Assembly (NCBI GenBank): GCA_030539095.1
Contig: JAUNST010000002.1
Coordinates: 1-48,817 of the forward strand
DNA length: 48,817 bases
Direction of reading: 5' to 3'
Source of the DNA: a bacterium
GTDB taxonomy: Bacteria > Patescibacteriota > Microgenomatia > UBA1400 > PJMF01
A program made the position numbers and the translations under genes. The notes under the pieces are model-generated. The model saw only the letters and a list, made by a program, of their open reading frames with translations. It made no database searches and was not told the DNA's origin. This document shows, in pieces, positions 34,594-42,965 of the stretch (position 1 is the first letter of the stretch; every line of letters starts with the position of its first letter).

Positions 34594-35253
34594 ATGTTTG
34601 TGCGCACTCCAGATAATCGCCTACTTTTTCAAAATGGCAGATTGGAGTGCGAAATTCTACCCTATTTTAGCCAAAGCCGGCTTTTTCAACTTAAAAAAGA
34701 ACTCCTTTTACTGGAACAAGTTTATTTTTGTGAAGTTTTTGGTAATTGCCCTTTTATTTTTTTATCGCCAGAGGAATATCGTGTTTTAAGTTTGAAAAAG
34801 CGCTATTTTTCTCACGCTGCTATTGCCAAAACTTTGCGTTTATCGCTCACACAGGTGGAAAAATTAGTCCAGATTTTGCAACAAAAGTATCAACTCTGGG
34901 CGCATGACGAAAATTTTAAATTACATCCAGATCTGGATTTAGTAAAAATACGAGTGACGGAAATGAATTTTTCCGATTTGTTAACTGGCGAGCAGCTGGA
35001 AGAACTTAACGAAATCTTGCCTGGAGATAACGGTCAAGAGAGTAAAAACCAGTGGAGCAAAATCGCTACTGCCGATATTCTCAATCTTTTAACCAGTGTT
35101 CAGAAACAGACGGCGATTTTGCTTGAACAAGGTTATTCTCCAGAGGAAATTGGCGCGCGCCTGGGCGTCAGCACACAAGAAGTTTATCAGAAAATTGCTA
35201 GAATGCGCGCGCGCCTGCAAAAAGCCGGTTACGGCCCAAAAGCTAAGCAGTAA
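34594..35253 (+). CDS. Protein with two sigma-region-4/LuxR-like HTH modules
   Basis: LSPEEYRVLSLKKRYFSHAAIAKTLRLSLTQVEKLV and LTSVQKQTAILLEQGYSPEEIGARLGVSTQEVYQKIARMRARL. ATG 34594 is preferred to TTG 34558. Confidence 0.6.
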   Translation: MFVRTPDNRLLFQNGRLECEILPYFSQSRLFQLKKELLLLEQVYFCEVFGNCPFIFLSPEEYRVLSLKKRYFSHAAIAKTLRLSLTQVEKLVQILQQKYQLWAHDENFKLHPDLDLVKIRVTEMNFSDLLTGEQLEELNEILPGDNGQESKNQWSKIATADILNLLTSVQKQTAILLEQGYSPEEIGARLGVSTQEVYQKIARMRARLQKAGYGPKAKQ

Positions 35254-36058
35254 AATGGTGATAAGGATGTACGGCTGCCGCTTCTCGCATAAAATCCACT
35301 GATTGATCAAGATAATGCATGGTCGTGGTAATTCTAGAATGTCGCAGCAACCTTTGCATGTATTGAATCGGAACCTTGCCAGAAGCAATCCCAATCGTAG
35401 CAAAAGTATGACGAAAACTATGCGGAGTAATGTGTTTATCACAATGCATTAAACGTAGGCGAAGTTGGCAATCTTTTTCGACTGTTCTCAAGGAAAGCGG
35501 TCGCGGGCCACCATTAAAAGAAAACGCAAACGGGCCATTTTGGGCACGCAGATACGGCAAAATTTCTTCCTTTACCCAGGCAAAAAGAATAATTGGCTTG
35601 CCGTCGTTAGTTTTGGTATTTTGCGGATAAAAACAATTATTGTCTAGATCAAAATCGTTAAGTTGCAGCCTGGCTACTTCTGACGGTCGTGTGCCAGAGA
35701 AACAATGAAGCAACCAAAAGGCGTCTAACACCGGATTAGTTTTTAAATTCACAAATTCTTTAAGCTCGTTTTCGTTTAGAGTTGGTTTATGTTTGGGAAA
35801 ACAACGAAATTTCTTTAGATCATGATACCAATTCTCTTGAGTAAAAAGACACCACCAACGAGCAACTTTTAAATATTTATTCAATGTTTCCGCCTGGGTG
35901 CCGCTTCTTTGTTTGCTTAAACAAAACTTTTTTAAGGCGAGAGCCGATTCTAGATTATTCCCTAAATATTTCGCTAACCGCGCATACTCTAAACAAGTGT
36001 TTTCTTTGAGGCAATTTTGCGTTCGCAGGAAAAACAAGAAATCCAAACTTGTTTTCAT
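35243..36058 (-). CDS. int: Tyrosine recombinase / phage integrase
   Basis: SGTRPSEVARL (Arg I), HSFRHTFAT (H-x-x-R) and LLRHSRITTTMHYL (catalytic Tyr). Confidence 0.9.
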   Translation of the reverse strand: MKTSLDFLFFLRTQNCLKENTCLEYARLAKYLGNNLESALALKKFCLSKQRSGTQAETLNKYLKVARWWCLFTQENWYHDLKKFRCFPKHKPTLNENELKEFVNLKTNPVLDAFWLLHCFSGTRPSEVARLQLNDFDLDNNCFYPQNTKTNDGKPIILFAWVKEEILPYLRAQNGPFAFSFNGGPRPLSLRTVEKDCQLRLRLMHCDKHITPHSFRHTFATIGIASGKVPIQYMQRLLRHSRITTTMHYLDQSVDFMREAAAVHPYHHFTA

Positions 36059-36138
36059 ACTTCTGTTCTTACCAGCCGCTTTTTAGCCTATTCTGATATG
36101 ATATGTTATATTTAGTAAAAAAGTTATTTAACAAAAAT

Positions 36139-36160
36139 CAAGTTTTCTCGAGTGAAAAAC
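36139..36160. repeat. Motif copy c3 (inverted relative to c1/c2)
   Basis: The reverse complement of caagttttctcgagtgaaaaac is gtttttcactcgagaaaacttg, which matches TTTTTC-N6-GAAAACTTG. Confidence 0.6.
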
Positions 36161-36166
36161 TGCTGC

Positions 36167-36195
36167 TTGACAACTAATACAAAATATGTTAAAAA
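36167..36195 (+). promoter_or_regulatory. Outward-facing promoter-like element TTGACA-N17-(TGt)TAAAAA pointing across attR
   Basis: TTGACA at 36167-36172 and TAAAAA at 36190-36195, with TG at 36187-36188. Confidence 0.35.
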
Positions 36196-36214
36196 TAGGT
36201 ATAACTATTAAAAA

Positions 36215-37912
36215 CTACGCGCAGACCGCTGAGGTCTGCGAACGTATAATTTTTTCCAGACTTTCTTGATCGAGTCCAAGCGTTTTTAGCTGTTCGCTGC
36301 GCGAAGCCTGAGCAATAAATTCGTCTGGAATAGCCTGAATCAGTAATTGCGGTCGATTTTTCGCTGGTCGGTTGGCTAAAAGCGTGGCAATTTGTTGCCC
36401 GACGCCGCCAATTAAGGCATTTTCTTCCACTACTAAAACTTTTTTATAGTTAGCAAAAATTTGCTCGAGAAATTTTTCTGGCAACGGTTTAACAATTGGC
36501 AAATGAAAGTGGGCAAAATCCAAATCTGGATTTTCTATCGCTTCGACAGTACCTTTGCAAAAACCAGTCGTAATAACTGCCAATTGTTGGCTTTGACTAT
36601 AGCGGAATTGCCGAGGTGTTAATTTTCCACCTGGTAGCGGCAAAGCAAATTTTTCTCCTGGCGGGAAGCAAAGTTTGGGATAGCAAATTGCCACTGGTTT
36701 TTTCGCCACGCGGGCCAGCTCTAAACTTTGCTGCAATTCTGGCAAATCGCCAGGCATCAAAATTTGCAAATTAGGAATTAGATTGAGAAAAGAAAAAGCT
36801 AGCGTGCCTTGATGAGTGGCGCCATCTTCGCCAACTAAGCCAGCTCGATCAACTAAGAGCGCCACTGGCACTTCGCCAATCGCTACATCGTGAATAATTT
36901 GGTCAAAAGCTCTTTGCAAAAAACTCGCATAAAAATGACAAAACGGTTTTTTGCCCGCCAAAGCTAAGCCGGCACTCAAGCCAAGAGCATGACTTTCAGC
37001 GATGCCAACGTCAAAAAATCTCTCTGGAAATTTTTGCACAAAAGGCATTAAGCCAGCACTTTGCTGCATCGCCGCGCTAATCACTTGCACTCGTTCGTCT
37101 TTTTCGCCCAAACTAACCAAAGCTTGACCGACGAAATCGTGCAATTTAGCTCGATTTTGTTGGCGCGATTTGGCAGCTGGATAAAAGTGACTAGCAACTG
37201 GGTTTTGACTCGCCAAATCGCAACCATGACCTTTTTGCGTTTTAATATGCAGCACTCGCGGGCCACTCTGTGACTGCAATTTTTGCAAAGTTTCAATTAA
37301 CAATGGTAAATTATGCCCGTCTATCGGCCCTGTATACGGCAAGCCGAAACTTTGCAAAAATTGCTGGTAGCGCTGGCCGTCGGCAATTGCGCCGGCGCAT
37401 TTATCAATTGAATATTGATTATCATTCACAATTACCAAAATGTTTTGCTTGGTAGTCGCTAAATGATTAAGCGCCTCCACTGCCATGCCGTTTAAAAGCG
37501 ATCCATCGCCAATTATAGCGATACAGCAATGTTTTTTATCTTTATAGCTCAAACCCAAAGCCAAAGAAATCGAATTACCGGCATGGCCAGTTACACACGG
37601 ATCACATTTGCTTTCGCCAGGATTCATAAAACCGCTTAAACCGTTTTTTTGTCTTAAAGTGGCGAAAGCAGCCGGTCTATCCGTCAAAAGCTTATGAGTA
37701 TAACTTTGATGACCGACGTCAAAAATAAAGCGATCTTTTTCCGGTTCAAAAACTTGGTGCAAAGCCAAAGTCAGCTCCACTGTACCTAAACTGCCGCTTA
37801 AATGACCGCCGTTTCTTTCGCAAGTGGCTAAAATTTCTTGACGTAAATTTGTTGCTAAAGTTTGTAATTGTGCCAAAGTCAACTGTTTAAACATTTTTTG
37901 CTTCATGTTCAA
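36215..37912 (-). CDS. dxs: 1-deoxy-D-xylulose-5-phosphate synthase (short form)
   Basis: GGHLSGSLGTVELTLALH...DVGHQSYTHKLLT, a TPP-binding GDG...N motif and transketolase-like C-terminal domains. Confidence 0.8.
   Translation of the reverse strand: MNMKQKMFKQLTLAQLQTLATNLRQEILATCERNGGHLSGSLGTVELTLALHQVFEPEKDRFIFDVGHQSYTHKLLTDRPAAFATLRQKNGLSGFMNPGESKCDPCVTGHAGNSISLALGLSYKDKKHCCIAIIGDGSLLNGMAVEALNHLATTKQNILVIVNDNQYSIDKCAGAIADGQRYQQFLQSFGLPYTGPIDGHNLPLLIETLQKLQSQSGPRVLHIKTQKGHGCDLASQNPVASHFYPAAKSRQQNRAKLHDFVGQALVSLGEKDERVQVISAAMQQSAGLMPFVQKFPERFFDVGIAESHALGLSAGLALAGKKPFCHFYASFLQRAFDQIIHDVAIGEVPVALLVDRAGLVGEDGATHQGTLAFSFLNLIPNLQILMPGDLPELQQSLELARVAKKPVAICYPKLCFPPGEKFALPLPGGKLTPRQFRYSQSQQLAVITTGFCKGTVEAIENPDLDFAHFHLPIVKPLPEKFLEQIFANYKKVLVVEENALIGGVGQQIATLLANRPAKNRPQLLIQAIPDEFIAQASRSEQLKTLGLDQESLEKIIRSQTSAVCA
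36220..36236 (+). repeat. attR core (cgcagaccgctgaggtc)
   Basis: Exact match to 26097-26113. Embedded in the palindrome cgcagacc-gctga-ggtctgcg inside the last codons of dxs. Confidence 0.7.
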
Positions 37913-37992
37913 TTAGTCGGAAAAAAAAGATAGAATCACGCATAATAAAATTAACTTTATCTTTAAGAGAAGATGTGTTAGAATGGGCGTCT

Positions 37993-38886
37993 ATGAAGAA
38001 AAAGCAGCAAAAAAAACTCCTGGTAATTATTGGAATTGCTTTGGTTCTTTTGATAGCAGCCATTGTAATTGTGAAGATTAAAGGGCAAAAAACTGAGGAA
38101 GAAGTGGCCACGACGGCTACTGCTAAAAAACGTTTAAATGCGCCAATTAATGTTTTGGCTTTGGATAAACGTCCGGTGGTAGCTTTGCAACCATATAGTA
38201 AAAATGGTGGCCGTTTTGTGAGCATTGTTGTTAGTCAATTACGCGAAGCTGCTTATGAAGCGGAATACGAAATTTCTTATGACGTTATCGGCGCTAGCGC
38301 TGTCAGCGCTTCTGGCGCCAAAATTGCTGTGCCAGACAGTGAAAGTCAAGAAGGCACGCAAGGTTTTATGGGTACATTAGATATTAGCAATTTGCCTACT
38401 AGCACTAGCGACAATCGTTTTGGAACTTGCAGCGCTGGCGGTGCTTGTATTAATAATAATGTTTCCGGCGGTACTTTAACTCTTAATTTCTCTGGCGAAC
38501 AAAAGTTTGCCGTGATGAGTAACTGGACTTACTTCGAGACTGGGAGCGCCGAAAGCAAAACTAATGATGAAGTTTTCACTTTGCAAGCTGATGGTTTAGC
38601 TAAAGCTAAAGACTATTTAATCATGGAAGCTATGGGTGTGCCGGATGGCGTGCCTGGCACTATTGCCACCAAACCAGATGGCGGCAAAGATAATGGCACT
38701 AAACCAGTGGCTTATCAAATTAATTTCACCACTGCCCCAAGCGTAGATGAAGCCAAAGTTAGCTTTGCTGGTTACGAAGGCAAAACGGTGGCCGTGTGGA
38801 ACGGCAAAACTTGGAGCACTGGCACTCAAGATGAAAGTTTACCTTTGGGCAATGGTTACTATTATCTGATTTTGGAAAACGTTTAA
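37993..38886 (+). CDS. Membrane-anchored/secreted hypothetical protein
   Basis: MKKKQQKKLLVIIGIALVLLIAAIVIV signal-anchor sequence. ATG 37993 is preferred to GTG 37975. Confidence 0.6.
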   Translation: MKKKQQKKLLVIIGIALVLLIAAIVIVKIKGQKTEEEVATTATAKKRLNAPINVLALDKRPVVALQPYSKNGGRFVSIVVSQLREAAYEAEYEISYDVIGASAVSASGAKIAVPDSESQEGTQGFMGTLDISNLPTSTSDNRFGTCSAGGACINNNVSGGTLTLNFSGEQKFAVMSNWTYFETGSAESKTNDEVFTLQADGLAKAKDYLIMEAMGVPDGVPGTIATKPDGGKDNGTKPVAYQINFTTAPSVDEAKVSFAGYEGKTVAVWNGKTWSTGTQDESLPLGNGYYYLILENV

Positions 38887-38889
38887 GTT

Positions 38890-40314
38890 TTATTCGTAAA
38901 CTTGGTAGATATCGCCGGCACCTACAGTTACAAAAACGGTGCCGGCTTTTTGTTGTTGCAAAAATTTTCGCAAAGCGGCGATCGTTTTTAAGTTATCAGC
39001 TTGATGATCTGGAAATTTTTGCTTAATTGCTTGGCACAACATATCTGAGGTAACGCTTGGATCAAAAGCTTCGCGGGCTGAAGGAAAAATATCAATCATG
39101 ACCACTTTTTGCGCTGGCGCAAAAGCGTCAACAAACTGAGTGAAAAGTTGTTTCGTACGAGAATAAGTGTGCGATTGAAAGGCAATTACGATCGGTCGAT
39201 CGGGATACCAAGCGTAAATGGCGGCAATAGCGGCGCGCACTTCGTCTGGATGGTGAGCGTAATCATCGTAACACAGAACACCGTTTCTTTCGCCCATAAA
39301 TTCGAAACGACGTTTGACGGAATGATAGTCTTTGAGCGTGTCCGCCGCCAGTTTTAAGTCGAATTTCATCGCCGCTAGCGCGGCGAGGGCGGCGGTGGCA
39401 TTAGCAGCATTAAATTCTCCCGGCAAATTTAATTGAACCGGTAAAATTTCTGTTGTGGGTGTTCTGATTTTAAAAGTTGAAGTGCCTTGGCTACTTTGAT
39501 AATCGGTCAAGCGAAAATCGCAACCGATACCAGTACCAAAACTAATTAAGTGTAAACGGCGATTTTCGCCACACAAAATATCCGCTAATTCCAGCAAATT
39601 TTCATCATCACCATTGTAAATAAGCGTGCCGCTAGTTTTAATTTGGCGGAAAAAATCTAAGTAAACTTGTTTAGTGTGCGCCAAATCGCGATAAACATCT
39701 GGATGATCGAAATGTAAATTGCTGCAAATGGTGATTTGTGGCTCTAAATAACTGAAACGTGGCGTAATCGGTTCGCCTTTGGCAATTGCGGCTTGCGCCG
39801 CCACCGGATCGGCCACGTATTCATCGGCTTCAGCAATAAAGTAATCGCTTGCAGGCAAAAATTGGCCAATTTTCTCCATGCCGATAATCTCACCAACACC
39901 CACCGCAAAAGATTGCGGCACCAATTTTTGCGTCACAAAAGCCAACATGGCCGAAATTGTTGATTTACCACCGACGCCACAAACAGCTACACCTTTTTGC
40001 AAATTGAAAAATTCGCTCAAAGCTTGAGCGTGGCTCAAAACTAATAAATGGCGTTTTTGCGCTTCTAAAACTTGCGGGTTTTTTGAGCCACCATTGGCAC
40101 CAGAAAAAATTACTACTTGTGTTTTTTGCGGCAGCGGTTTATCGAAGTCAATGTCCACTTTTACTGCTAATTTTTTAAGCGAATTTTTAGTGGGAAAATC
40201 TTCTGCCACATCGCTGCCGCGCACTTGCTTGCCCGCATCCAGTAAGCACGAAGCTAAAGCTGTCATAGCTACACCTTTAATTCCAACTAAATAAAAATTA
40301 TTTAGTTCAAGCAT
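38890..40314 (-). CDS. murC: UDP-N-acetylmuramate--L-alanine ligase
   Basis: N-terminal GIKGVAMTALASCLLDAGKQVRGSD and Mur-ligase P-loop GVGGKST. Confidence 0.7.
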   Translation of the reverse strand: MLELNNFYLVGIKGVAMTALASCLLDAGKQVRGSDVAEDFPTKNSLKKLAVKVDIDFDKPLPQKTQVVIFSGANGGSKNPQVLEAQKRHLLVLSHAQALSEFFNLQKGVAVCGVGGKSTISAMLAFVTQKLVPQSFAVGVGEIIGMEKIGQFLPASDYFIAEADEYVADPVAAQAAIAKGEPITPRFSYLEPQITICSNLHFDHPDVYRDLAHTKQVYLDFFRQIKTSGTLIYNGDDENLLELADILCGENRRLHLISFGTGIGCDFRLTDYQSSQGTSTFKIRTPTTEILPVQLNLPGEFNAANATAALAALAAMKFDLKLAADTLKDYHSVKRRFEFMGERNGVLCYDDYAHHPDEVRAAIAAIYAWYPDRPIVIAFQSHTYSRTKQLFTQFVDAFAPAQKVVMIDIFPSAREAFDPSVTSDMLCQAIKQKFPDHQADNLKTIAALRKFLQQQKAGTVFVTVGAGDIYQVYE

Positions 40315-41536
40315 GCGGCAATTTTTCTAATTTGGCTAGAATTTTTTTGGCGCCAGTAATATCGTTCCAAAGAATTTCAGTTTTACCGTCGTAGTTCATA
40401 CTTTGTTCGTGACCTTTACCAAAAATTGCGATCACGTTATCGTCCTTACCAAAATTTTCTAAAGCAAATTGCAACGCTTGTTCGCGATTGGGAATAGAAA
40501 TAACTTTACCGTAATTATCACCGAGATCGCTTTTCATTTGATTAATAATTGACCAAACATTCTCGCTTCGCGGATCTTCGGCCGTAAAAATGGCTAAATC
40601 GCAATACTGAGCCATGATTTTGCCCATCTTCGGTCTCTTAAGCCGATCGCGTAAACCAGCGCAGCCCACAATGCCAATTAATTTACCCTTTTTCACAAAA
40701 TTACGACGAATATTTGGTAGCGCGCCGCTGAGAGCCTGTGGCGTGTGGGCAAAATCAACAATCATTGTCAGCGGTAAAGTCGTCGGCAAAATTTCCATTC
40801 TGCCTTCCGGCAATTGAAAATTTTCCAGCGCTGCCGCCAAATCTTTATCGGCAACGCCGACTTGCTTAGCAATCGTGAGAGCTAAAATGCCGTTGAGACG
40901 ATTGTAATCTTCGCTAAAAGCAGCTCGCAAAGCTTTTTCCACATTGGCGCCAAAACGAGTGGTCTTACTAAAAGTAATCAATTTGATATTTTTGTGTAAG
41001 GATTTTTTAACTTGATTAAAAATTTCTTGATCTTGATTAATCACCACTTTTTTAGCGCTATTAAGCACCAACATTTTTGCTTGTAAATAATTTTCTTGCG
41101 TGAGATGATAATCTAAATGTTCATAATCAATATTGGTTAAGCCGGCAATGGCCGCTTTAATGCCCCAAGTTCTATATTGATAAGCGCCTTGCGAAGTGAC
41201 TTCCAAAACTAGATACTCAATTCCTTCTTTCACCATTTGGCGCATCAGACGATAAAGTTGGCTCGGATGCGGTGAAGTCACATGAAAACCAGTGTCAATT
41301 TTTTTGTGACCGATATAAGCGGCCACTGTGGAAATCAAGCCCACTTTATAACCGCCACTTCGTAACATTTGATAAATCAAAGTGGCAGTGGTGGTTTTGC
41401 CATCAGTGCCGGTAACCGTAATTATTTTTAATTTTTTTTGCGGGAAGCGATAACGCATTTCCGCACGCCAACCACCAAGAAGTCCTGTTTTAAAAAAATG
41501 ATAAGGTCGTTTTAGTTTATAAACCAAGTTTTTCAT
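40307..41536 (-). CDS. Mur ligase family protein (MurE/MurT-like; short N-terminus)
   Basis: VTGTDGKTTT P-loop with central and C-terminal Mur ligase domains. Substrate is not assignable by eye. Confidence 0.6.
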   Translation of the reverse strand: MKNLVYKLKRPYHFFKTGLLGGWRAEMRYRFPQKKLKIITVTGTDGKTTTATLIYQMLRSGGYKVGLISTVAAYIGHKKIDTGFHVTSPHPSQLYRLMRQMVKEGIEYLVLEVTSQGAYQYRTWGIKAAIAGLTNIDYEHLDYHLTQENYLQAKMLVLNSAKKVVINQDQEIFNQVKKSLHKNIKLITFSKTTRFGANVEKALRAAFSEDYNRLNGILALTIAKQVGVADKDLAAALENFQLPEGRMEILPTTLPLTMIVDFAHTPQALSGALPNIRRNFVKKGKLIGIVGCAGLRDRLKRPKMGKIMAQYCDLAIFTAEDPRSENVWSIINQMKSDLGDNYGKVISIPNREQALQFALENFGKDDNVIAIFGKGHEQSMNYDGKTEILWNDITGAKKILAKLEKLPHA

Positions 41537-42914
41537 GTAAATATTCTTCCAGTTTTGCCAACGAAACTCTCGTTTGTTGCATGCTATCGCGCTCGCGCAC
41601 CGTCACGTCTTGGTTGGTGAGTGAATCAAAATCAACGGTGATCGTGAGTGGTGTACCAATCTCGTCTTGTCGGCGATAACGTTTACCGATATTACCGTGA
41701 TCATCAAATTCTAATTGGTAGTGCGGACGCAAACGTTTGGCTACATCTTGCGCTAAAGCTACTAATTCTGGTTTATTGCGCAAAAGTGGGAAAACTGCCA
41801 CTTTGATTGGGCTCAAACGCGGATCCAATTTAAGAACCAAACGTTCGCCATCGTTCACGCTTTCCTTAGTGTAAGCTTGATCTAAAAACATTAAAAATAA
41901 ACGACCTAAGCCAACCGAAGTTTCCATAATGTGCGGAATAAATTTTTCGTTAGTGTAAGGATCGGTGTAACTTAAATCGCAACCAGAAAATTTACCGTGT
42001 TGCGATAAATCCCAGTCACCGCGCGCGTGAATACCTTCTATTTCTTTAAAGCCGCCTAAAAACTGGAAATCGTATTCAATATCGTAAGCGTCGCTAGCAT
42101 AATGCGCTAATTTTTCGTGTTTATACCAACGAATTTTTTCGGCTTGAATGCCAAAATTCAAATACCATTGCCAACGATCAGCTTTCCAAGCGGCAAACTT
42201 TTCTACCATTTGTTCGGGACGTAAAAAATATTGCATTTCCATTTGTTCGAATTCGCGGGTGCGGAAAATAAATTGGCGGGCGATAATTTCATTGCGGAAA
42301 GCCTTACCCACTTGCGCCACGCCAAAAGGTAATTTTGGGTGCAAACTATCAATGATATTTTTGTAATTTAAATAAATACCGCCGCAAGTTTCTGGACGCA
42401 GATAGACTACGTTTTCGTCGGTGAGCTCATCTGTGGGCGCGCCGATATTCGATTTTACCATCAAAGAAAAACGTTTGGCTGGAGTTAAATCGCAACCGCC
42501 GCAAACCGGACATTTAAGCTTATTTTCTTTTTTTAATTTATCTAATTCTTGATTGATAAAATCGAGCGGTTGTTTATCGGCGCTAATGCCAAATTCCTCT
42601 AGTAAATGATCGGCGCGCAGGCGTGCTTTACAAGTTTTACAGTCCACTTGGGGATCATCAAAATTATCTAAGTGACCAGAAGCTTTCCAAGCTAAAGGTG
42701 CCATAAAAATGGCACTGTCCAAAGCCAAAACTTCCGCGTGTTCTTGCACCATATTTTTCCACCACGCGTCACGAATATTATTTTTTAGCAGAGTGCCGTA
42801 ATGACCGTAATCGTAAATAGCACTCATTCCGCCATAAATTTCACTGGATTGATAAGCAAAACCGCGCGATTTACAAAAGGCAACAAGTTCGGACATTTCT
42901 GGTTTTTTTGACAT
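41517..42914 (-). CDS. glyQS: Glycine--tRNA ligase (class II, GlyQS type)
   Basis: 465 aa; ...FRNEIIARQFIFRTREFEQMEMQYF... and a C-terminal anticodon-binding domain. Confidence 0.9.
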   Translation of the reverse strand: MSKKPEMSELVAFCKSRGFAYQSSEIYGGMSAIYDYGHYGTLLKNNIRDAWWKNMVQEHAEVLALDSAIFMAPLAWKASGHLDNFDDPQVDCKTCKARLRADHLLEEFGISADKQPLDFINQELDKLKKENKLKCPVCGGCDLTPAKRFSLMVKSNIGAPTDELTDENVVYLRPETCGGIYLNYKNIIDSLHPKLPFGVAQVGKAFRNEIIARQFIFRTREFEQMEMQYFLRPEQMVEKFAAWKADRWQWYLNFGIQAEKIRWYKHEKLAHYASDAYDIEYDFQFLGGFKEIEGIHARGDWDLSQHGKFSGCDLSYTDPYTNEKFIPHIMETSVGLGRLFLMFLDQAYTKESVNDGERLVLKLDPRLSPIKVAVFPLLRNKPELVALAQDVAKRLRPHYQLEFDDHGNIGKRYRRQDEIGTPLTITVDFDSLTNQDVTVRERDSMQQTRVSLAKLEEYLHEKLGL

Positions 42915-42965
42915 GGCGTTATTATACTACAAATTTTGCCGAGGTCATATTGTCCAGACAAAAAA

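Larger units (their letters stand above)
26097..36236. mobile_element. ~10.1-kb integrative element: integrase, HTH regulators and a siphovirus-type tail module, with no head genes recognised
   Basis: A 17-bp direct repeat marks both ends. A tyrosine integrase sits next to the right end, and tail-gene synteny is complete (see the individual CDS entries). Confidence 0.75.

Noticed and set aside
36020-36028. cgttcgcag inside the integrase gene matching the attB left arm
   Set aside because: Nine-nucleotide matches are expected many times by chance in a window of this size.
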